Source: Callorhinchus milii
Taxonomy: Eukaryota
Direction of reading: 5' to 3'
DNA: 64,000 nt
Assembly (NCBI RefSeq): GCF_018977255.1
Contig: NW_024704743.1
Location: 2,916,001-2,980,000 of the forward strand
The translations under genes were made by a program, and so were the position numbers. The notes below the pieces were generated by a model, which saw only the letters and a program-made list of their open reading frames with translations, searched no databases and had not been told where the DNA came from. Position 1 is the first letter of the stretch. Each line of letters opens with the position of its first letter. Positions 52,301 through 64,000 of this stretch are shown here, in pieces.

Positions 52301-53558
52301 GGGACCGAGGTAGGTGGGATAGGGAGGAAAAAGATGACCGAAAGTGCGCTCAAAGAGTTGGGTATTGACGTGCCTTGAAAGAGGGGAAGGAGGGAGTGAG
52401 CCAGAGGGACTCCAAGAATGGAACTCCAGAAAGCAGGGTCAAAATGGCGATGGTGGGGCAGAAGGGGTGGGGGACTTGAAGCAAGACAGTGTTTGCTGGA
52501 CAAAGGGAACGGCTGGGTTAGGATGTCGCAGAGGTAGGGGTGGGGAGGGGAAGGGGGTGAGGGGAGGAAAATGAAGGACATAAAGGAGTTTTTCACTGGG
52601 GAAAGAGGAAGCTTTCTGTGAGGGAACTGCATGTCGCGTCGCTCTGTGTCTGTCCTCGGAGACTCTGATCGTCTGTCCTGACAATGAACCATGTTTCAAA
52701 GCGCTTCACAGGATTTACTAAGACTGTGTGAACGCAACATTGCACACAGCAAAGACCCAGAAACAGCCAATTTTATTTTGGGGATTGTTGGCCAGGACAA
52801 CGGGTGAGAGAAACTCCCTTCTCTTTTCCAAAGCACCCCGGGATCTTTTAACGTCCACCTGAACAGACACAGACAGGACCTTGGTTTAAGGTCTCCTCTG
52901 AGGGATGGATGACAATTATAGTGCAACCACTCCTCACCAACTGGACGCTGTGTTAGTTAATGGAGAATGAAACAGAGTTTGGGTTTCTTCTCTTACCGGC
53001 TCCCCTGGATCGCCGGGCTTGCCATCTTTTCCGTCCTTTCCCTCCAGACCCTGCAGAATGGCAAAATACCCCCCCCCCCGACAGTTAGCTGCCAGCAGCC
53101 CACCGCACCACAATTTGTCCAGTTAGCTACCTGTCAAGGCTTTGGTTTGCAGGTTAACAGGAGCTGAACGGGATGACCCCCTGCCCTCAGTGACTGGTCT
53201 GTCCTTCCAGATCCTGCCAATGAGCCAGGCCAGACTGCGCTGCCATCAGCAGTGCCCAGGAATCCAGTGGTTCTGTCTGGCTCGGGAACCGGACTGGAGA
53301 CCATCACAGTGGGTTGGCTCGATGCCGTCGTTCTGTTGCCGAGCACATCAGCTCCAAGGAGACCCGGCTTACCTCCAATGCATAGGTGGGTAGTCACTTG
53401 TTGGTCATTTGACATTTTTATGTCTCAAAGCGCCTCTCGGGCAATTACTGTCGGGCGTACATTGGTAGACAATTGTCTACAGTGGCAGGTTCTAACATTG
53501 GGGATTGAACCTGGAACCTTTATGTTTAGAGAACCATTGCTCTCGTGTTTGTGTGTGT

Positions 53559-53589
<31 letters not shown>

Positions 53590-56500
53590 TGTCTGGGTGG
53601 AGGAGATGGTGGTGGGGTTATACAGTGGCTTCTATTTTGCATTAGTTCCGTGAAATACTGATAAAAATGAATAGAAATCAGGGATTGGGTTACTTACAAG
53701 TCTTCCCGGCAATCCTGGTGGGCCTCGTATTCCCGGGACACCTTCCTTCCCCTGAGGGGACACAAACGGCCAATAGTTACCAATCTGATGACTCCCACCC
53801 AACCAGAGAAATTCACAGTGAGGAATGAGATCATTCAGTCTAGTAATAATAATTTAATAATAATTTAATAATTATTATTTAATAATAATAAATAGTAAGT
53901 CGGCCCAGGCTTTCAGAGTGAGCTCAAACCATTTAATCGCACCCCCTGCCCTATCCTCACATCCCTTCAACCCTCTATCCTTCATTTACCCATCTATTGC
54001 CCTCTTGAACTGTCAGAACCCTCTCTCTGACCTCAGCTCTCACCGTCCCGGTTCTTACCTTCTCTCCTACCAGCCCCGGGGTGCCGGGCACTCCTGAGAC
54101 ACCATCAGCTCCCTGAAAAGAAAAAAAGAGTCTGCTTATCATCGTACTTTGAGGCTGAAAAAGTGATTACACGGGAAAAGTGCAACATAAACAGTGACAT
54201 ACAGCGAGTGACATAAACAGTGACATACTGTCAGAGTCCTCACTCACGCTGTATGTCACTCACGCTGACGGAAAATAAATAACGCACAAAGACTTGTTTT
54301 CCCTTACATTATTTCTTTTAATAAATAAGTGTGTCCAGTTAGTTATTTCTGGTTTTCTCCCCACTGGGTTCAACTTTCTCCGCTTGGTCTGGCCTCTCCT
54401 CTCTGACCCTCTCGGACCACTTCCTACATCTCCCTCTCCTCCCACATCCCCCTCCCTTCTTCCAAGCCCTCCACCATCTTTTTCCACCCCTGTTTACTCT
54501 GCTGCTGCCTGACAACCATTGCAAACTAATGTCAGGTTGGCTCAGTTTCCAGTAATACTTACTGCCGGGCCTTGATTTCCGGGGGGGCCGGGGTATCCTG
54601 GCAGCCCTGGACTACCCTGTGGGGTGGGGAACAAAAACAACCCATGTATTTAGCAGAAAATTGTACAATGTGCATTTATACAACAAAAACAAATTGCATT
54701 TATCTAGCGTCTTTCACGTCAGGAGGACATCCCGATTGCGCAGGGTAATGAGCTGCAGGATAGTACCAGGCAAGGTAGGTGCAGGAGGGAGGGTGACCGA
54801 AGGCGTGGTTGAAAAGGCGGGTCTTGAGATGGGCCTTGAAAGAGGCAAGCAATGCGGGTGGAACGAGTTCCAGAGGGTGGGGGCAGAAAGGCTGAAGACC
54901 AGGGGTCTAGAGACGAAGGATGAGGGAGGGGAATTCAAGATCAGGATTTGGGGCAAAGGGCAGGGGTGGTGGGATGCAGTATGGCTGAGTCTTTCACACT
55001 GGGTGGGGGAGTCTCTGAGTGCTTCCCGGGAATTAGTGTACAGTGTAGTAACTGCGTGTTTTGTGGGTCAACTTTTGAGAGGGAATTAAGTAGGTTGTAT
55101 TGGGGGGGAAGGACGTGAGCAGGAGAGGGAGATTAGATATGGCTCATGGAGACAAACACGGAGCAGGCTTGATGGGCCGAATGGTCTTTTTCTGTCCTGT
55201 GACATTTTTCTCTGGAGGGACCGCAACCTGCTCACCCAATCCCATTGATTACCCATTACCCAATCAATGTTAGGCCCAGGTTGGTGAGAGCCAAGGCTCG
55301 GGGAGCCCAGACCCCAACTGCTGAAGTTTAACCAGCTAAACCCACACAGCTTGCCAACGAGAGCACTGCCTGGCAAGCTTTCCCGCTGCTTGTCCAGCTG
55401 GGGCCACCCTACCCGTCTGGGCTTTAGCTTGCAGGGTTAACAGGAGTCTAACCAGCTAAAACCACACAGCTTGCAAATATGGGGAAACGGATAATAATAT
55501 AATAATAATAATAATCCTTGCATTTGATACAGCGCTTTTCATGTCTTCTCGACGTCTCAAAGCAGTTCACAGAATAGACTGTAAAGTGAATTGACTGCAT
55601 ATTTGTGGGTGAAACGCGGCAGCCAATTGCGCACGGCAGCGTCCCCACAAACAGTCGTGGATTTATGGGAAAGAGATGGGAGCCAATGGCACTTTGTGCA
55701 GGGGACAGCCTGAAGTGATGGCCTCTGGCACGGCTTACCTGGATGCCCTTCTCACCAGTTGGGCCAAGAAAACCTCGGTCTCCTTTGCCGCCCTAACACA
55801 ATTGACAGAAGCAGATTGTTAGACTTTGGAAGAACAAGCTACCTTTCTTTTTCCCCCCCGATTTCCTCCCCGCTTCCTCAGATGATCTTTTGTACCTTCT
55901 CCCCCCTCTCCCGTTTCCCCAAAATGGCTAGTTTTCTTGTGTGAACCATGATGGTGAGGGTTTGACCCTGGCGATCCCAGGCCCGTCTTTTTTTTTCGTT
56001 AGACGGGGTCTGACACGTACAGAAACCCATCAACATTGCTTAAGAATATCCAAACCAAACTAAGAATTCCACAAATCCCACCTACACATGGAAATCCCAG
56101 AGTTAGATTGTTGGAATGGAATGCGCTCTCTCTCCCTGGAGGTTCACATCCTGCTGATCTAATTCTGGACAGTATTAGGGACAGGTTGGCAAGAGCCAAG
56201 GCTTGGGGATCCCAAAATGGCAAGCTGATATTGCCGGTGGCTGCTCGTGCAGCTAGGACCACCGTACCCGTTAGGGGTTTGGCTTGCAGGGTTAACAGGA
56301 ACTGGGTGGAAGGATTCCCTGCCCCCAGCCCGCCCTTACAAGTCCTGCCGACGAGCCAGGCTGGGTTGTGCAGCGGACCCGCCTGGCTCGGGAACAGGGC
56401 TAGAGACCGTCACAGAGGGCTGCCTCGATTCTGACATTCCGTTGCCAAACATGTCACCTTGGAGACAGTTCAGCTTCCTCTGATCCAAAGAGGATAGTCA

Positions 56501-59500
56501 ACTGAGTCTCCTCCCAGTCCTGTCCTTGACAAACATTCACGCCCAAGTGATGTCACCCCTGGGCGAGGCGAGGTGGGGGTGGGGGGGAGGAGGTTGGGGG
56601 AGACACGGAGGCCAATCTTCAATAATAATCTTAGCATTTGGTACAGCTCCTCATCAGGAGGACATCCCAAAGAACTTCATTGGCTATACTGCCAAGTGGT
56701 GTGACTGTAATAATAATACTTGCATTTGATATAGCGCCTTATTGTGTCATTGAGATGTTTCAAAGTGCTTCACAGGATATACTGTATATTTTGCGGGTGA
56801 AACACGACAGCCTAAAAGAGGGGAAGGAGGGGGCAATGTGAAGAGATTGAGTGAGAGAGCTTGAAAGCTTCGGGGGAGAAGTGGCTGAAAGCACAACCGC
56901 CAACGGTGGAGCAGAGGGGATGAGGGACAAACATGAGGCTGGAGCCAGCTGAGCGTGGGCAGTGAGTAGTGAAATGGGAAGAAAAGTCAGAGAGGTGGAG
57001 GTGGGTGCCAGGCAATGAAGGGATTTGTAGACAGTGCAGCATTGCTAGGAAAGGTGCTTGGACCCTGGACGTTGGGCTCATCTCGGAAAACAGCTCACCG
57101 TGGTAATGGGGAGGGCAGGATGGACATCCTGGAAGGAAGTAATCAACTGGGCTAAACGTCTCTTGTGATCTTGTGACACACAACATGCACGGGAGTAAGC
57201 AAAAATGGATCGTTACCTTGAGTCCTTCTGGACCTTTTGAGCCAGGCGGTCCCGTGTCTCCCTAATAGAAGAAGAGACAGCAAAATTAGACAGAGGAATG
57301 GTAGGTCACCTCAGACTGTGCAATTCCAATTTGAACCTAAACCATTCCGTCTCAGAGGCGATATTCATTAGACATTGTTTGACGCTTCTCCTCTGAGGTT
57401 TTCAATGGGGGGGAGAGGAAATTAAGGGGAGGAGGGTGGGGGTTCACATACCGTCTTCCCGGTGTTTCCTTCCACCCCGGGGGGGCCTGCATGACCTTTG
57501 CTCCCTTTGAAGCCTGGTATTCCCGGGAGGCCGGGAGGTCCTGCTGGGCAGCTGGCACAAGCGTCCTGGGAGAATCAGAGAACAGTTTACAACAGGGGAG
57601 CATCACGGATCCCAAAGGCTGTTGCTTTTATTCCATCTGCCAATTTGGGATGCCACCTCTCAACTCAATTGTCGCCCATCTCAGCATTTCACCTGGAGGA
57701 AGGCACCATAGGCAATCCGTCCCTCCCAAACTCGCATTGCGAAGGTGAAGACAGCCGGCCACACACATACACACCCACACTCACACTCAAACAGACACAC
57801 ACGCATACACACACACGCATACATGCGTACACACGCCCGCGCACGCAAACGCACACCCACACCCACACAAGGCAACTTGGAAGTTTGGGATGTTATTATA
57901 ATAATAATCCTTGCATTTGATATAGCGCCTTATCAAGACAGTGTCAGCGAGGACTGTGAGCTCAAAAATCTGCAACTTGGGGGCTTGAACCCACAACTCC
58001 TGGCTCAAGGTGCGAGAATGTGAGCGACTGAACCACACAAAGTTATCCGCAATCATTCATTCAGTCATTGTTAGAGAAGAATTCAGACAGCAAAGGAGCT
58101 TTTGAAAGAAGTTGGCGAAACATTTTTCAATATTATTCTGCATTATTATTGAAAAATGAAAGATTAGAAATGTTTTGAGATTTTTTTGGCTGTAGAAGAG
58201 AAAGCAAAGACTTTACCATTTCCTGAATGTTTCTTATCCCTTTCTTTTCTGCTTTAGCCAATTGTCTGCCCTCCTCTCCTTGTCTCGTGCCGTAAACTTC
58301 ACTATATTTTGTGGGCGAAACGCAGCAGCCAATTACGCAAAGCAGTTTCCCACAAACTCTCATGGAATGAGCGACCACATTTCTTTTGTTTTTGAGGGAT
58401 TATTACCCCCGGACAAGCTATCCGCCAATCGGCTAACGACCGAGTTCCTACTTGCTGCGAGGTAAGCAAAGTAAGTCTGGAGTAAGGAAACTTGCTCAAC
58501 GTTTTGCCCCACCCGGGAATCGAACCCAGGTCCTCTCGCTTGCGAGGCGAATGTTCTAACCACTAAGCTACAGGACTCCATACCCTTACCTAACACATGT
58601 CTATCCACCTCAGTCTTGAAAATTTGAATGGATCAGCGTCCACAGTGTTTTCAGTAGGTTTGTCGAGCCTCCCACCCATTCCATGTGGTGAAGATCCCAC
58701 CATCACTCAGCTGGACTTCATCTACTGCCCATCCCTGCAAACCTTCCAAGGTGAGATGGTCAAACCACTCACCTGAACCAAGCCTCTTATATCTCCCCTT
58801 GAGATAATGGGTAATGATGCCTGTTGGGCAAAGAATATCTTGGTTTAATCAGTGAACAAAGAGAATCTCACTCTCTCATTGATAGTTCCTCCTCACTACC
58901 CCATCACCACCTCCATGGGATCTAATTCAGGAATGATGTATGGTAAAGGAAGCATTCTGATGCAAGCAGTGTGAAGCTTCGGAGCGAGGTGGGAAAACAA
59001 AGGAAGTAAAACAGGGAAAAGAAGGAAAGGAAAAGGAACTGTTTCAGTCTTGAGAGAAAAAGGCTCAGATGGGACCTCAGAGAGATGTGTACCATTTTCA
59101 ATGGGATTGGAAAAGTAAACCCACATCAATACTTTAGGATGGGCACCAAGGCAGTAGAACAAGAGGACACAGGTTTAGAGGTTTAAAGGGGCAATTTCAG
59201 GACGGATACCAGGAAGTATTGCTCTATCCAGAGGGTAATTAACGACTGGAACAAGGTTACCAGGACATTGGGAGTCGTTAAAAAAGCAGCTCGATGCTGT
59301 GATGGGGTGGGGGAGGGGTTACTGGAGGATGAGAGAGGATGGGCGGAAAATCTTCTTCGTGTGGACCATGGGAGACTGGAACTAAAATGGAGAGCTCTTT
59401 CAGAGAGCCAGTACAAGACGATAGGTCTGTGAATGACATGGTGCAATTCCCAGCCACGTTTGACAAAAATAGGCCCCAAAGAAGCAATCGTTCAACTGAG

Positions 59501-62500
59501 CGTTCAGGTTCTTCTCGGTGGAGAAGACCAAATGCCGACTGTTCCACCTCCAGCAACAGCGTGAGCAGCGATTGTGGTTTGTGAATATCTCCCCTCCACT
59601 CGGGCGAAGGGAGAGCCGAAGGGAAAGCTGGGGGCAGCCGATGGGGAGCGAGCAGTGTAAATTGGGGCAAATCAGAACAAGAACAAATGGGCAAAGTATA
59701 AAGTAAGTGTGTAAGGAAAAAGAGGGAGAGGCCGCTGAGACAGGCGCACGTCAACCCCAGGGTTTTGACTATCATAGGACAAGAGAGATAGTGACGTACG
59801 GGTTCCCCCGGGGCTCCTGGGTCACCTGGCAGACCGGGCACGCCCTGAAAAACAAAACAAAGATCAAATCACATCCACAGAGGAGCAATTCCACTTCTCT
59901 GACTTCTCTGACTTGGAGGAGAGAGTGCCATGCTGGAGATTACAAGGGCCAATTCTTCATCAGAGGGCATTGGCGAGCCAAATCCCAATGCGAGTACTGG
60001 AGGCATCCTGGCCAGACAGTGGCAGTTGTTAACAATCCAGTGGCTTCTATAATGTTGGTTTAAATCACCCAATTAATGGAATTCATATCATACAATGACC
60101 TTGGCTGGACCTCAGGACCACCAGGTTTCCAGTGCAGTGTTGTTCCAATCCCTGCTCAGTGCTGAGGTGTTTATTAATAATAATAATCCTTGCATTTAAT
60201 ATAGCGTCTTATCATGTTGTTGAAACGTCTCAAAGTGCTTCACAGGATACACTGTAAAATGGATTGACTGTGTATTTCATGGGCGAAACATGAAAGCCGG
60301 TTAAGCACCACAATGTCTCACAAACAACCGTGGAGTGACTGACCAATTTTACTGGGGCAACTGTTGGCCAGGACACCGTGAGAGAGAAACTCCCTTCTCT
60401 TTTCCAATAGAGCGGGATCGTTAACGTCTACCCGACGGCACCTCCAACAAAGCAACTGGAGTGTCATCTTAGACGATGTGATTCCAAGTTCCGAGGTGGG
60501 GCTCGAACCCACAACATTCTGACTCCTTGACAAGAGTGCCCCCACTGCGCCAGGCTGACACACGATGTATAGCATGGCGAAGGTAAAGGAAAGCGGGTTA
60601 GTGAGTGACATAAGGCATTAGAGTTTTCAATTAAGACGTAAGGTGATTGACTCTTCACTTACGTCTTGCCCGGCGGGTCCTTGTTGGCCGGGCACTCCCG
60701 GAAGCCCTCTGGGGCCCTGTGAAACAAAATGAACATTCGCAACACTTCTCACAGACACCGAGTGCCACCTGACATGCAATCGCGCTGCAAGGGAAGCTGT
60801 GGATGAACCCAAAGAAACAAACTCCAAGAGGAAACATGAGGCACAGGAGAGTGAGAAGGGAATATAGCGGGATGGGAGAGGGTGAAGCAGGTTGAGAGGG
60901 CCAAGGTGGGGAAAGAACAATCAACCATGATATCACAACCCCTTTCCAATGATGCTTGGTTGGATGTCCCAGCTTGTAGGCTTAACAGGAGCTGAGTGGG
61001 AGGATTGCCTGACCCTAGTGGCTGGTCTGCCCAATAAGCCAAGCTGTGCTGTCATCAGCAGTGTCCTGGAATATTGTGGATCCATCTGGCTCAAGATCCG
61101 GACCAGAGGCCATCAACGAGGGTGGGCTCAATGCCAACGTTCAATATATCTTAAAAGGAGTCATTTACAGGGGTTTGGGGTGAGGAGGGACAGGTAAAGA
61201 GACTGAATGGATTGCTGTTTCTCAGAGCAACCGAAAATATCATGATTTGATTCGAAGAATGGGTCAAAAGAAAACAAAATTCAAAGAAATCTTCAACTTT
61301 AAGCCAATCTCCTTGCCCACGTTGCCCTTCACAGCGCCCATACCGAAAATCCCCTGTCACCTGCCGGTCCTGTGGGGCCCTGAAAGAAGAAGGGAGAAAA
61401 ATAGTGAACTCGCTAAAATAGAAATCCAACACCGATTTTTACACTTACACAGCCTTTAACGTCGGGAAGATGTCTCAAGGCGCTTGACAGTCCTGGCTGG
61501 GCACCTGAGCAGTTGGGGCTGGAAGCCGGGGGTTGGGGAGGGGAGATTACTGAAAATGCGGTCCCAGACATCTTGAGAAGTGTCCGTGAATGTAACATGT
61601 TGTCTGTCCAGCTCGGACCACCCTACTTGATAGGACTTTGGCTTACAGGGTTAACAGGAGCCGAGTTGAAGGATTCCCTGCCCCCAGTGACTGGTCTATT
61701 GAGTCCTGCGATGAGCCAGGCCGGGCTGTGCTGTCATCAGCAGTGCCCTGGAATACTGTGGACCCACGTGGCTGAGGGTCAGGACTAGAGACTGTCACAG
61801 AGGGCTGACTCGATTCTGACATTTCATTGCCAAACATGTCAAATTGGAGATACGTCCTCCTTAGGAGACCCATCTTACCTCCTGTATAATAATAATAATC
61901 CTTGCACTTGATAGAGCGCTTTTCACGTCGGGAGGACGTCCCAAAGCGCTTCACAGAACACACTGTAAAGTGAATTGACTGTATATTTGTGGGCGAACGT
62001 GGCAGCCAATTGCGCACAGCAATGTCCCACAAACAGTCGTGGATGGAAAATGACCAATTTATTATTGTTTTTGGTTTTGGAGGATTATTATTAGGCTCTG
62101 TGTGGAGTAAGGAAACTTGCCCAAGGTTTCGCCCTCTGCCTGGAATTGAACTCAGGTCTCTCGCATGCAAAGCGAGTGCTCTGACCACTGAGCTACAGGA
62201 CTCCACAATAACAATAATGTGGCTTTCATGTTTCCTTTCTCCACACGCCCCTGTTTACCTAGCAGTAAGTAGGAATCCGATGGTTAGTCGATTGGCAGAT
62301 CACTTTTTGGGGGTAATAATCCCTCCAAAAAAAATAGAAATTGGTCACTCAATCCACGACTGTTTGTGGGACATTGTTGTCAATTTTACCCACAAAATAT
62401 ACAGTCAATCCACTTTACGATATATTCTGTGAAGTGCACTGATACATCTCAACGTCATGATAAGGCGCTATATCAAATGCAAGGATTATTATTATTAATA

Positions 62501-63839
62501 ATAGAAAAGTGTGGCTGCCCTTTTTCTGTGTAATCGGCTGCAAACGTTCCCTCCCCCGGCCTCCGCGCGCTGTTTGCTCGTCGCAGCCGCTGTCGATGGA
62601 GCGGCGCCGCTCGTGCGCGGCGCGGGTGGAAGGTCGGCTGCGCCCGTTGGTGAGCGAACCACGATCGAAATACCCAGCTGCGTGACAGACACTACTGCGG
62701 TCTGCTCGCCCGACACCGAGCTCCCGCGACAAATTTTCGTTCAGTGCTTCGCCATTCAAATGAACATTTTTAGTTTTCAGTTAAACGCGACTACGCGTTC
62801 AGGAAATATACGGCTACAGTTTTAATCCAGGCTGTTTCCCGAAACGCGTCCCCTCAATAGCACCAATCAAGCCTCTGCAGTTTGCTGCAAAATTTGTCAA
62901 AAGGCCCGCAATTATTGGCAACTATTTGGGCAAATATTTTCTATTGGCCCCAGCTCATGACTCGTGATGCGACGGACGGAAGCACAATGGTCCAGGCATC
63001 ACAATGGGAGCGGTGAGGCAACACATCAGTATAAAAAGGCTGCGCGACAACACCACCGGCAGTCAGAGACGCGGCTGAATCTCAATCATGGCAAGAGGTC
63101 GTTCCCACAGGAAGAGGTCCGGACGGGCAAAGAAGGGGAAAAAGCGAGTACGCCATCACCGCCATCACCGCCATCACCGCTCGCGACGAGGGGGGAGACA
63201 CAGGCAGCTACAGCCATAAACAACCAGAACATTGAGAACATGGAAAAACAAGACCTATTTCGCTATCCCGAGGGATCAAGAGTAGAGTCTTGACCACCAT
63301 GAACAAACCCTGCCCCCCGAGTCCTGTCTCGTCTTCTACCCTCACCGTCACATTGACCCCCCACCCCACCCCCCGCTCTCCTCCGTGGGACCTTCATCAC
63401 CGTCACACTGCACCCCCCACCCCCCACCCCCCACCCCTAGCTCCCTGCTACATGGGACCATTATCTCCACTCCTCCCCACACCTTGTTGATTTGTTGTCA
63501 GTGAATAAAAGCAAATGATGCTTCAAAAACATGTGTATTTTGAGTTTCTTATGGCTTAAGCACCAGATGAGATACTGTGGACCTGTTAATGGGATGTTAG
63601 TGGCTTTGATAATACAGTTTCTTAAGATGATACCGTACCTAGCCCTGTAAAAAAATAGTATTCCTTGCATTTGATACAGCGCCTTTCACATTAGATGGAT
63701 GTTAGGGTGGGGATTGGGGCTGGGGTTGGGCCGGCTGGGTTACTTAACTATGGTTACTTACCTGCAGTCCAGGAAGCCCCACACCAGGAGGGCCAACGTC
63801 TCCCGGTAACCCAGGGTGACCAGATTCTCCTGGGTCTCC
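40338..63839 (-). CDS. COL22A1: Collagen alpha-1(XXII)-like FACIT collagen, 3' portion (25 exons, 599 aa); 5' part beyond the window
   Basis: Minus-strand GT-AG exons: 63762-63839, 61344-61379, 60663-60716, 59800-59844, 58773-58820, 57452-57565, 57217-57261, 55739-55792, 54563-54616, 54059-54112, 53698-53751, 52997-53050, 51700-51753, 51436-51480, 49884-49937, 49444-49497, 48939-48992, 46872-46943, 46129-46164, 44804-44848, 43679-43858, 43471-43537, 42831-43013, 41106-41183, 40338-40525 (sum 1800 nt, in frame). COL22A1-type motifs: [34 protein letters not shown] and C-terminus [22 protein letters not shown] (human, recalled: CDPSQCAYFASLAARPGNVKGP). Confidence 0.92.
41720..42205. mobile_element. 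Unclassified dispersed repeat (family 3); many partial copies (~6030, 13090-13630, 33920-34520, 35650, 37240, 44930-45190, 53140, 56000-56470, 60980, 61620)
   Basis: Shared blocks GTTAACAGGAGCTGAGTGGGAGGATTCCCTGCCCCCAGTGACTGGTCTGCCCTTCCAGGTCC and CCCCAAGCCTTGGCTCTTGCCAACCTG. Confidence 0.75.
45480..45775 (-). mobile_element. DeuSINE (SacSINE1-like, family 2), representative copy; others at ~47335-47680 (+), 51830-52130 (-), 60180-60540 (-)
   Basis: Head CCTCTGAGTCAGAAGxTTGTGGGTTCAAG and Deu-domain-like core GGATGAGATGTTAAA...GTTAAAGATCC...GGCGTTATTGGAAAAGAGAAG. Confidence 0.7.
46470..46780 (+). mobile_element. L2-clade LINE ORF2 fragment
   Basis: Translation DKTEAFLLG...[17 protein letters not shown] resembles the L2 RT C-terminal motif (KTE.LL.G ... 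H.FI.SRLDYCN.LL). Confidence 0.7.
50068..50241. mobile_element. Tc1/mariner-pogo (Tigger-like) MITE
   Basis: TA|CAGTCAAACCTGTCTTCAGCAACC ... GGTTGCTTGAACAGCTTGTTTGACTG|TA: imperfect TIRs plus a TA duplication. Confidence 0.7.
50590..50990 (+). mobile_element. CR1 LINE 3' fragment (others at ~34960-35285, 36075-36450 (-), 11375-11560, 42210-42450, 59160-59400)
   Basis: Degenerate CR1 ORF2 C-terminus (..TRGH..K..R..FF(T)QR.V..WN.LP..) followed by a typical 3'UTR GGGGCTxAATGGCCT. Confidence 0.75.
63088..63219 (+). CDS. Protamine-like / sperm nuclear basic protein, copy 3 (43 aa), nested antisense in a COL22A1-like intron
   Basis: Protein [51 protein letters not shown] at 63030-63037 and AATAAA at 63504-63509. 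Relative to copy 2 it has an in-frame 6-nt deletion, 3 synonymous changes and 1 nonsynonymous change. Confidence 0.78.
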   Translation: MARGRSHRKRSGRAKKGKKRVRHHRHHRHHRSRRGGRHRQLQP

Positions 63840-64000
63840 CTGCAAAAACAAAATAAAATTAGAATAACTGCGACGTGGTAAGTCAAATAGCTAGAGATGT
63901 GGTTTGTGATGTAGTATGTGATACGGTTCCCTCACAAAATTAGAGATGTGATTAGTGATGTGGTTAGTTTAGAACAATAATAATCCTTGCATTTGACATG

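Noticed and set aside
54260..54510. Gly/Arg-rich minus-strand ORF within a COL22A1-like intron
   Set aside because: No Gly-X-Y periodicity and an in-frame stop after the candidate acceptor; the flanking 54-bp exons already join in frame.

Overview
Eukaryotic genomic DNA, vertebrate and very probably a cartilaginous fish (inferred from tRNA-headed Deu-domain SINEs plus L2 and CR1 LINE remnants). It is rich in microsatellites and has two 25-N gaps (5484-5508, 31222-31246). Three spliced genes can be reconstructed by eye. (1) The first coding exon of a FAM135B-like gene on the minus strand (349-425). (2) A COL9A1-like FACIT collagen on the plus strand (20 exons, ~19569-38367), whose apparently missing middle coincides with an assembly gap. 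(3) The 3' 25 exons of a COL22A1-like collagen on the minus strand (40338-63839). The main hidden feature is a three-copy family of tiny intronless genes below the ORF-track cutoff. They encode a 43-45 aa Arg/Lys/His-rich protamine-like protein ([45 protein letters not shown]). Each copy has paired CACAATGG motifs, a TATA box, a strong Kozak context and AATAAA. Two copies sit head-to-head in the arms of a ~1 kb-arm palindrome (7.9-12.8 kb), and the third is nested antisense in a COL22A1-like intron (63.1 kb). The 8-18 kb region also holds further inverted duplications, an orphan inverted FAM135 exon and divergent CTCF-like motifs. Orthology calls and comparisons with human exon sizes are from memory and need database confirmation.
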